Positions 1 to 10,112 of a DNA stretch of 64,000 nt are shown in pieces. A model generated the notes under the pieces. That model was not told where the DNA came from and made no database searches. It saw only the letters and a list, made by a program, of their open reading frames with translations. The translations under genes and the position numbers were made by a program. The stretch lies in the NCBI GenBank assembly GCA_965112155.1, contig OZ218101.1; one strand, given 5' to 3'. This stretch comes from Podarcis liolepis (taxonomy: Eukaryota). Every line of letters starts with the position of its first letter. The first letter of the stretch is position 1.

Positions 1-271
1 TTAACATCTTCCCTAGTGAGGCAAGACCTATTTAGTTATTTGCCCTGAAAAAGATCCGAGTCAACTAAGGAAAAAATATTTTCATGTGCTTCAGACCTCT
101 TGCTTTTTTGTAACTAATTCTGATGCATTTAGTTGTCTATTGCTCAATCATTTCAAGCCAAACAGCCCTGCACTCCTTTCTCCCTTCTAACAAGCAGGGG
201 GATCCAAGCACAGTAGCTTGTACAGATTACCATTTATGCATTATTCTGAAGCTTTCGTTTTTCCTTGACAG

Positions 272-407
272 AGAGAGGCTGGCCAATGTGCTTCTTCTGC
301 AGCCAGGAATTGCGGAGGATCTGAAGACCATTAAAGAGAAGATGGGCCTTGACAGCAAGAACGGGGCGGACTTCTTTCTCCTTTTTGACAACATTTTTGC
401 AGAACAG
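272..407 (+). CDS. ACP6: ACP6 internal coding exon (upstream exons lie outside the window)
   Basis: ttgacAG acceptor and CAG|gtacg donor. Encodes (R)[45 protein letters not shown], resembling the ACP6 segment [20 protein letters not shown]...DFFILLDNVAAEQ. Confidence 0.92.
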
Positions 408-499
408 GTACGCTGTGCCTTCGTAGGAACAAGCCTGTTTTCTTTAGCCATCCAAGTTGATTCATGCAGGTCTGTGGGAGAAGCTGTGCTGAAGTAGAG

Positions 500-624
500 C
501 AGTGTGGCCGCCCACGTGCTGATGGGCTCCAGCTCCCATTAGCCCAAGCCAGAATACCCCATGCCCAGGGATGATGGGAGTTGTAGTCAAGCAATGTATG
601 GAAGGCCACGTGTTCACCATTTCT
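500..624. mobile_element. Degenerate hAT-like MITE
   Basis: Carries the squamate MITE core gggatgatgggagttgtagtc. Related copies at about 3960-4095, 31486-31586 and 49581-50303. Confidence 0.5.
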
Positions 625-1693
625 GTGCTAGCAACTATTCCGCAGAGTAGCTCTTGTTGCAAATCGGAAAATGGCCAAGACAGCTCTGGCAAGAGAGGAA
701 ACTATGTGTCTTCCTTCAACTCTCTCCTCAAATGTCACATTTTTTGTCTTTTGGCTTAATTGTTTAACATTTCCTTTTTATCTTTCTCTCCATCCAAAAA
801 AAATTGTTGCTTTTTACACCGGCAAAATAGATAAGCTCTTTCTTGCTGTTGTTGCTTATGAAAATCTCCAAAGTAGATTGTGTAATTATTTAATCGACTG
901 AATTTCTGTTAATAGATCTTACCTAGGACCTGATGACACAGAAGTAGGTTACATGAAGCAGTTAGCATGATATCAGGGGTGGGCCCAATTCTGTAATTCC
1001 CTCCTTAGGGTATATCTGTGCTCCCTATATTAGATTGATCCCCAGTGCATCATATGAACAGATAACACATCCAGAGTTGGACCTAGCCAGACTCTTAAGT
1101 GGTCCAAGGTGGGATATTGACAAAAGCCTGCTACTCCACTTTATCTCAGGTTTGGCACTAAAGAATAAACTGGATGTGGGAAAAGCTTGCGTGCCGAGAC
1201 ATTTTAAGGGGTTACATCAGTTACAGCAGAGGGAATACTGAATACTGTATGCTGAACATGACTATTACGGATGCTTAGGCTTTTAAGTGGCCAAGGATTG
1301 TTTTGTTGTTATATCTTATCCTGAGATCAATAGATATAGAGTAGGCTAGAAATGTTGTAATAGGAAAAATAATGCTCTAGCTGGGTAAACCAGTATAATT
1401 ACCAATCAGTAAAAGCAAAGCATTTAACAGCAATAAAAATGTGTGCTTTCAACGTTCAGGGCTCCCTTTCTTTATGGATTTGTCTGAAAAAGCTGTGCAC
1501 CGTCGTTATGGAGCTTCTTTCTCCGAGATGCTTCTAACCACCCCAGGGCTTCCTGCAGCCGAGTTTGAAAGCCATTTTTGTACAACTGAACTGAACTCAC
1601 TGAATACTTAAAACTTGTAGGAAATGAAATGTAATGAAACCTAGGTGCCTTGTAAACTTTCCCCTATCCTGCTGTTGTCCTTCTGATCCTGTC

Positions 1694-1837
1694 TCATAGA
1701 ATTGTATGGTTGGAAAGGGGTCCTGGGATTCATCAAGTCCAACCCCTGCAATGCAGGAATCCTGCCCACCGCTGTCCCAGGGTGGGCTCGAACCACCAAC
1801 CTTCTGGTTAACAGCCAATGCACTGACCCATTATGCA
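1694..1837 (-). mobile_element. tRNA-Asn-derived SINE with CR1-like 3' tail
   Basis: The minus strand has a tRNA-Asn(GTT)-like head (ggctGTTaaccagaaggttggtggttcgagcccaccctgggac) without the 5' acceptor stem, followed by cctgcattgcaggggttggac...ccaaccatacaattctatga. Confidence 0.8.
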
Positions 1838-1881
1838 ATTGTTTTAAAATTACTGGTTTTATATTTTAATTTTTTAATGTA

Positions 1882-2133
1882 CCGTATATACTTGAGTATA
1901 AGCCGACCTGAATATAAGCCGAGGCACCTAATTTTACCACAAAAAAACTGGGAAAATTTATTGGCTCGAGTATAAGCCAGTTCACCACACCACAAACCTC
2001 CTGATGGGCCGGAGTGTGTGTAGATGGCGACTAACAGGCAAACAAGCAGAAAACTGACAGTGGCAAAGGCGGAGGAAGAAGGAGCAGCCAGAAAGGGTGC
2101 TGAAAAGGTCGGCTTATACACGAGTATATATGG
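1882..2133. mobile_element. Tc1/mariner (Tc2-like) MITE
   Basis: About 27-bp imperfect TIRs (ccgtatatacttgagtataagccgacc) with TA on both sides. Confidence 0.85.
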
Positions 2134-2683
2134 TAACTTGCTGTTTGGTTTTTATATTGCTTTTGTAAACTGCTTGGGTCTTTCTTTTTGAAGTAAGCAG
2201 TATATAAATTTGTTAAATAAACAAACAAAATAAATATTGTGCCACGTCAGGTAATTACGTTGCCTGACTGTGGCAGCCAGCATTGTAGCAGGTAACATAA
2301 GACATGGGAGGAAATGGTAATCAAGACATATGAATGGGACCATTCATATGGCTTGAACTGAAATCTGTCCACTAAATGAAGATGTTTTCAGGTTGTCCAA
2401 GTTAAAACTAAAGGCTTGTTGTTGTTTTTAAAGGGAATCACTCACTTGCTTATTGTAACAGTAATATAACTATTCATATATCTATCTGTTCACATTGTTC
2501 TTCGTCTTTAGACTTAGAGGAATGGCCTAGTTCCTTGTCTAACACAACTTGTTCAAGTGCATGTCCATGTTATGATATCTAACGATAAGCACAAGTGTGT
2601 CCATGCCTGATCTAAAGTAGTGGTGCCATTTGTCACTGCAGCCTTAGAGTTGTTATTTTAATTCACACTATGCTGTCTTTTAG

Positions 2684-2784
2684 GCACACAATCTGCCTAG
2701 TTGCCCTATTCTGAAGAGTTTCATGGAACTGATCGAGCAGAGGGCTATAGACTCACTCCTTTATGTCACAAAATTGAATTTAAG
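2684..2784 (+). CDS. ACP6: ACP6 coding exon
   Basis: ttttAG acceptor and AG|gtgag donor; 101 nt. Encodes [33 protein letters not shown](R); phase fits both neighbours. Confidence 0.93.
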
Positions 2785-3045
2785 GTGAGCAGTCCCAGGG
2801 ATGGTATGGGTGGTAAGCCTGGGGATATCTGCAAGACAAAACACAGGATCACTCTTCTGTTTTAAAACATGGACTTCTTGTACAGACAAGTCATGTGTGT
2901 CCCTGCTAGCCAGGAACCTTTACTTTTAAACCTGCTCCTGTTCCAATTAAGTTCTGCCAGTTATCTAGAACTGTTAAAAGATGTTGCAACTCTTGTTAGA
3001 AACATTTTTTAAAAAATTTATCTGTTTTGTTATATTTCTGACTAG

Positions 3046-3141
3046 AGAGACACTCAAGATGTCAGTTGGTCCTCTACTCAATATAATAGAGAAGAACATT
3101 AAGGCAGCAATGAACCCTTCCTCTCCTGAAATCAAGGCCAG
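3046..3141 (+). CDS. ACP6: ACP6 coding exon
   Basis: actAG acceptor and AG|gtatg donor; 96 nt. Encodes ETLKMSVGPLLNIIEKNIKAAMNPSSPEIKA(R). Confidence 0.92.
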
Positions 3142-3592
3142 GTATGTAGATTATTGGTATTTACGGTCTTGGCAGAACATCCCATTGAGCAGCATCTACA
3201 AGCTAAAAACATTAAAAGGGGAAATGGGACAAATCAAGGGCAGCAGGAGTTGATGGAACAGTGACAATTGCACCATTTAAGATTTGTGTATATATTTTTA
3301 ACTGGGTAAAGGTGACTTGTAAATATCCTAACTTTAAACGGGAGTTATGTAGAACTTGGCTCACAAAAGCAGTTTCATATAAACAAATACAAACTAGGTG
3401 CTCGCATGTGGAAGACAGAACAAAAAGCAGAGGAAGGAATGCTATTACCCTGATAATTCTCAATTTAGCTTATTACATCTACCAACTGACTTGAGATTCA
3501 GTGTAAATGGAAAATGCAGCTGATATGGCTGCTATACACAATGTATGTCATCAGCAAGACTGAATTACTGGTCACTTCTTCTTTTATTTTAG

Positions 3593-3752
3593 AAAGCTTG
3601 CTTTGTATGCTATTCATGATGTTACCCTCTTCCCACTGCTACTGGCTCTGGGGGTCTTTGATTCCAAGTGGCCTCCATACGCAGCAGACATGACAATAGA
3701 ACTTTACCAGCGTTCCAAGGACTGGTTTATACGGCTGCTCTACAATGGAGAG
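3593..3752 (+). CDS. ACP6: ACP6 coding exon with the histidine acid phosphatase HD motif
   Basis: ttttAG acceptor and GAG|gtagg donor; 160 nt. Encodes [53 protein letters not shown], which includes the catalytic HD and WPP motifs. Confidence 0.95.
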
Positions 3753-4183
3753 GTAGGAGACTCCATGGTGATGATGTTACACATATAAATGGGACCTCAA
3801 GTGAGATTTGGGCAGGAGGCAAATTCCATACTCTAGCTTGCACAACATCTAAATACAAAGGCTGTTAACAGATAAATCACTGAATCTGGAATGCGGGGAT
3901 CGTATACCTGTTTCAAGCTAACTTTTGGTAACTTTTAAAGCAACTCTCTTCTCTTTGCAAGGCTGGCAGTAGTGATGCTGTATGTCAGGATATCAGGACT
4001 CTGGCCCTCTAGTTGTTACTTGACTACAAATCCCATCATCTCTGACCACTGACTGGTACTATTAGGAGTCTAATAGAATCTGGAGGACCACAAAGTGTAC
4101 AAGATATTTTTGTTTGCCCAAGGGCCTCTTGTAATGGCAGCTTTTTTGTGACGTAAATGTTGATTTGTCTTGTCTTTCTGCAG

Positions 4184-4297
4184 GAGCTGGTTCCAAGAGG
4201 ATGTAGAGCTGGTCTCTGTCCACTGGAGGATTTTCTAAATGCCCTTTCAACTTACAGTGCTAATCCAGAGGAATATAAAATGCTTTGCTCTCAGTGA
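4184..4297 (+). CDS. ACP6: ACP6 last coding exon
   Basis: tctgcAG acceptor. Encodes [37 protein letters not shown], with TGA at 4295-4297. Confidence 0.94.
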   Translation, partial: ELVPRGCRAGLCPLEDFLNALSTYSANPEEYKMLCSQ

Positions 4298-6094
4298 GAA
4301 GAAGCGTAGAACAGATAAATGATTAGTAATACTAAAACATGATTCACAACATTTGTATTTTCAAACGCCATAAAGAAAAGTGTCATTCACTTGTGGTTTA
4401 ACTCTGCTAACAGGACAGTTCAAGTAATGTAAAGTATAACAGGGATGAATGCTGCTGCTACATTTTGGAAATTGGGTCCCTGGCTGCGGTAAGAGTTGGT
4501 GGTGGCTTAATATCCAAAAAGTTGTTACTGTAACCCAGTTTTTCAAATTAATGGAATCTTGCAGATGGCAGCCAAGTGATGGCCCTCTGCTGACAGAAGG
4601 CATACACCAGTGAAAAGGGGAAGCAAGGCAATTTTAAATAATCCCTGCCCCTAACCAAAGCTGCTCCAAAAGATCCCAACCTGGAAACGGGGGGTTCCTG
4701 AAAATTGCCTGTCAGTAAGAGAACATTAATTGGACACCAACCACTCTGCACCTACTGCTACATTTGCTTTTGAGCTCCACGAAGACATTCAATGTGCTGA
4801 AGCTAGTGCTACTCTTTGTTTTAAGTTCCCTGTGGTCCTTTAGCAGCTAACCTGAACCACTAAACTAGTCTTTCAAAATTCTCAATTAAGGCGTTTTACT
4901 GGAGCTTAACTTCCATTCCAGGACACCTATATATAGCCTTGCTGCTGTCAGAAGCTACAGCCATTAGCAGGGCAAAGTCTCTTTCCTTGGAACCTTCAAC
5001 CAACCACTTTATTATAATTATTGCCATATTCACTTTATAACCGAAGTGTTGCTTGATACGGCTAGGTAGGCCAGAGGTGAACTGTTGTGGAAATGCTACA
5101 GTTAGCTAAAATGCAAAAACATGGAAGTGGGCCGATAGAAGCCTGGAAAGATGTAATTGGATACAAGCACTTTGTCAGACTGAATGCTAAAAGCAGGCAG
5201 CAATGTTAATATAACCAACCCAAAGACAAGACAGGTGGATAGTCACTGGGTATTCAAAATGGCTGTTACTTGTAACAGAAGCATGTTGAATCAGATTGGT
5301 GTTGTGCCCTGTGGGAATACAAATTGACGACCCGAATCAGTGCGAATGCTACAGCAACCTCTGTACCTGAAACATAGGGTTAGTAATAGTTTGCTCCCTG
5401 TAGTAAAAGGGAAATGAAACCTGGAAGAACCTGTTTTGTGTAGCTGGAGAAAACTTGACACATCACAAATATGGATCTTCCAAAGGAATACTGGGGTAGG
5501 TGAGGTTAGTTGTTGAAACAGACTTGAAAATAAAGAGGTAAGAACTCTCAAGGTTTTTATATACAAAGGTGCTAGCTCACTGGCCCTTTCCTAATGAATG
5601 TAAACAGATACCAAACTCATGGCTATTCAAATATTCAGTTGATACTATGATTGTATTACAACTGATTCCGAGGAAATAGGAGTTACTACCTACAGCTTGA
5701 TCAGTACTCAGGCTTTGGAGTTGGATATCTTCATCTGAAACTTATTTTGGATTACTGAAGGTAAACATTTTACAACTTAATTCATTTTCTGGTTGCCTGA
5801 CTAGAGTGGATATCTCTGTTCCTGAGCAGCTGCTCACTGCTAGGGGATCTTCACCTGTGTGCCCATGTTAAGGCTAACCTGCCCCCATGACAAAGGTGAG
5901 ACCGGTAGCACAGCCATGCCCTTGTACACCAAGATAGAGGGTGAAAGGGGTTTAAGAAGCGGCCTACCTGGTGAGCAACATAAAAACCTTATCAGAAGGA
6001 TGCGATCTGAAACGCACATATACTTTAAACCCGATACAAACAGGCATATTTAGAAGCAAGCTAGACTGTAGCAAAGGAGGAAAGAATAGCTTTT

Positions 6095-7148
6095 GTAAGA
6101 AACAATATATTTTATTTTTCTGACACCACAGCCCTGGCAAGTGGTTTTGTACCAAATTTAATGGAGGTTACACAGAGAACGTTTTACGCTGGGGAACAAA
6201 AAAAAAAAGATAACCACAAAAAAGGTCAGGATAACTTTTAGTGTCTGTTCCACTCCCACATTAATAAAGTCACCGGGGGGGGGGGTCCTACAAAAAGGAG
6301 AACGAATAGTAAGACTACTGTAGAATGTAACAGTGTCAAAGTCCAGCCTCCTCCTGAAAGTAGCAACACTCTCAGAATGAGAAGGGGCTCTCCTACATAT
6401 ACTCCCCAAAAATAATACAATGTATTGCAGCTGCCAGAGGAGGAGACAGTAAAGGGAGGGGGTCAAGATGCCTTTTTTTTTTTAAGAGTGGGAGGGAGAG
6501 ACAAAGGTGCTCGACAGCACTCCATAATTTGAAAAATATGTCCTTAACTTATTTTTTTTTTTAAGATTCCCCCTCACTGAACTTAAGTTCCTTTTGTGCT
6601 TTTCATTAATACTCTGCTCTGAGGTCGTAGTTTGGTTTTTCTATACATTGGAGTTGAAGGAAAATAGTCCAAAGTTCTGAAGATGGATTTTCCACCTAAA
6701 AGTAAACAGCCTCTCACCCCAAAGACTAAAGTCTCTGCTAAAATCCCTTTTACAATATAGTACAGTACACAAAAATAACCCCCCCAAAATAACCAAGAGT
6801 CCTGGGAGAAGCCAGTCCAAAGGACGTAAACATACAGAGAGAATGGTGCAACTTGTGACAAATGGCAATTCTCAAAATACAGCTACAGATTCTCAAAGCA
6901 GGTGCCATCACAGGATATCCAAGTACACAAAAATAATTTTTAAAAAATAAATTTTAAAAAAACAACCTGTTAAAATGAATTCATTTGTTTTCAGGTAATT
7001 CCATACATTCGAGATTTCCCAAAGCATCCTCTGGTCTGTTTTTTTACCTATTGCATGGCCAAACTGTGCTCCTGGAGCTCTCAGGCAGCCCTCAGGACCT
7101 GGAATCTCATCTCAACAAGGATCGAACCATCCAGTCTTATGTAGCAGC
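6095..7148 (-). other. BCL9: BCL9 3' UTR
   Basis: Lies between the TAA stop (7151-7149) and a minus-strand AATAAA at 6116-6111. The cleavage site is approximate. Confidence 0.75.
6111..6116 (-). terminator. BCL9: BCL9 polyadenylation signal
   Basis: Minus-strand AATAAA followed by a U-rich element (atattgtttcttacaaaagctattctttcc). Confidence 0.7.
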
Positions 7149-8242
7149 TTAAAACATCATGTTCCCTGGATTTCCAGGGCCTTGGCTAAATCCTCCCATT
7201 CCTACATCAGCAGCCATTCCCCGGGGTCTCATCTGTGGAGGAATCATGATGTTCTGTTGGGGTCCTATCATGCCCTGCATTGACATCATCATACCAGGTG
7301 AACCCACAGGTCCCGGATGGCTGTAGAGCCCAGTAGGAGCGCGGTCCTTGCCTGGAATCATGCCTACTGGGTTGCTCATTAGAGTGGGCTGGCCAGGCAT
7401 GGTTGGTTGTGCTGGTGACATCATCCGATGGTGAGGTCCCATCATGCCTTGTTGCAGGAAGGCAGGAGGTCTCATTGGGTTGTGACCTGGCATGGATGAC
7501 GCTCCTCCAAGAGAAATATCAGGTGCCCCCACCGGCCCCCCCATGCCAGCTAACGCCAGCCCCATTCTCGGATTCTGTTCTGCCATCATTCCCTGCATGT
7601 GAGAAAACCCAGGCCCAACACCCTGTGGCTGCTTGCGGCCCGGTACTTCCCCACGAGGGAAATACTGTAGTGTCTGGCTAGGCTTCTCTGATGGAATAAT
7701 CCTGGACAGGTCGAATTCTGGTATTCCAGTAGCTCCAGGGCGAATCACTTCCTGCAGCTCCGGATCGGTAAAAACTGAAGGCATGTTGTTTCCTAGGACA
7801 GTGAAAGAATCGGGTCCTCCGGGACCTCCAGACTTGCAAAGTGCGGGATCCGTTGAACTTTGGGGCATGCTGGTGGGACGTCCCAGAGGTCCCTCACCGT
7901 GGAAGCTCATTCCAGCTGGGAAGTTGCCTTGTCCTCCACTCGGTCCATTATGTGGAAATGGCACCTGCTGGGGAGGGGACTGTACTGGAGGAAACCCCTG
8001 TGGGAAGCCCAGGCGTCCTTGAGGTACCATTGGGGGATCCTGGGAACCATGACCCATCATTGGATTGTGTGACATCAGGCCAGGGACCCCATGAGGAGGT
8101 ATACTGGGTCCCATAGCATTTGGAGAGGGCATCTGGTTACTGTGAGTTAGAGGCTGCGTCATTCCCATTGGGCTAAGAGTTGGCATCGGGCCCACCTGGT
8201 TGGGACCTGAACTGCGAGGATTCTGGGGGTTAATGCCCATTC
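7149..8242 (-). CDS. BCL9: BCL9 last coding exon
   Basis: ctctAG|GA ATG acceptor (phase 1). Pro/Gly/Met-rich, includes GIPEFDLSRIIPSEKPSQTLQYFPR and ends GPGNPGNMMF*. Confidence 0.97.
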
Positions 8243-9851
8243 CTAGAGAGAATGGGAGGGGGAAAAGGTTAAGATTAGAGCAAGTAGGTGATAATACAAA
8301 AAGCTTTCAGGAATGGCAAGTACTGCATATGTGACTTCTAATGTGGAAATGAGTAATCTATGGATAGCTAAATATCTCCTTGCTATACTACAGCCTCACA
8401 TAAAATAAGGACCACGTCCAAAGCACACCAACACAAAGAGGTTGTCCCAAATGCTGACATATTTCCGATCAGAGACCGTTGCACATACTGGAATCTCTCA
8501 ATACAAAGACAAATGTCAAAGGGGAGGTTTCATGCTGGTGAAGGTAACAACAATTGCTGAAATGAGGGAACCCTTTCCATTGTTGACTTCTCTGCCAAGG
8601 CAACCCGGTCACACTGTAATAAGGCATGATTAAGGGTTCACAGAGGACAAGGGAAGCCCCAAGTATGCCCTGGAAAACATCCACCATTTTCACCAGGGTG
8701 AATCAGAAGTATTACACAAGCTTAAAAAGAATGGGGGGGGGTAACAATTTGGTCTTTTCCTTGAGGTATTCCATAGGTGACTGATACAACAGCAGAACAA
8801 TGGAATTTAACCCGTCTCTAGAAGGGAAAACGATGCAAGTTTACTCCAAATCCTTCTGCAAGAAGCCACTAAAGGAGAAGGCAGTTATAGGAAAGGTCTC
8901 CAGGAATAACATTGCCTACAAAAAGAGGGGGTCCAGAACAGAGGCAGAGTGTGTCATTCTGGAGTTGCTTGGCACAGCTAAGCTCCAAATCTTCCACAAC
9001 CATCTCACTACATTTTACTGTTGTAGGATTCTAGTCACTTGAACCGATTTATCTCACTATTTCCATCAGGTTGGTTAAAAGAGCAAAGGTGTGCCTTTTC
9101 AAAATAGGAGTACTACCACCTAAAGTCTAACCATCCTGGAACCTGAATCAAGATCCTGGACACACTTAATCTAAGCCTCAACACCTTTCTGTGAAGAAGA
9201 GAAGTTGTCACTCTTCTAAGTCAGCTTGACATAAACTCAACAGCTTTTAAAACTCCTCTTAATCCAATTGGAGTCAAACAAAATCTGATATCATTTCTCA
9301 CTTCCTTGGGTAGAACTTGTTTCTGGGTTCTAAGAAAGACCCAACTGAAACAGCCACAAGCAAGTCACAGAACACACTACATCAATATCAGAATGATTCT
9401 TAGACTGGTAAGTAGCTCTCATGTAAGCTATGATAAAACGTGATCACTTGAGACACACAGAGACATAATCCCTAGTCTTTTTTCACAAATTACACTTGGT
9501 GTAATAGTTTGCACTATACTTGCAAGTCAAAATGCTCCATTTTCAATGTGGATAACTACTGTTGGAAAGTTAAAACTGAAAAAAGAGAGAAGGGTATGAT
9601 AATTTATGTAACCGCCTACATCAGCAGCCTCCTGCCAAACACTTGGGTTAAGTTACACAGGCTGTTTCTGCCCCCACCTTAAGCTGTCCATCCTAGGTGA
9701 GTAGTTCCTGACAACTCAATTTCAGTGAGGCTATTTCAGTGTGTCACTGTTTTGCCACATGCAAGTTGCAATTTCATTAGCTTCTCCCTATGATATTCTC
9801 CAAACCACATGCAACCAGCCACAGCACACCTATACAGCATTTGTTTCTTAC

Positions 9852-10112
9852 CCGAAAGATTGTTCATAGGTGGCAGGTTTGGGGAACGTGCTGGAGGAGA
9901 GTCATCATCTGAGGAAGCTACAGTCTTGATAGCATCATGGTAGAGTGGAGTAGAACTGGGCATTGCAAACTTGGACATCCGGGACATCATGATGGAAAGA
10001 GGATTTTGAGACAGAGTAGGCTCTGGGGGCATTGTGTATGGACTGCTAGAAGGAAGATTTCCAGGAAGAGTCACAGGAGCAGCCTGGCTAACCGTTGAAG
10101 GGGGTGCACCAC
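9852..10112 (-). CDS. BCL9: BCL9 coding exon
   Basis: tttAG acceptor and G|gtaag donor; 261 nt. Contains PEPTLSQNPLSIMMSRMSKFAMPSSTPLYHDAIKTVASSDDDSPPARSP. Confidence 0.97.

Noticed and set aside
1773-1836. Functional tRNA-Asn gene
   Set aside because: The 5' acceptor stem is missing, the stems carry mismatches, and it is fused to a CR1-like tail, so it is a SINE head.
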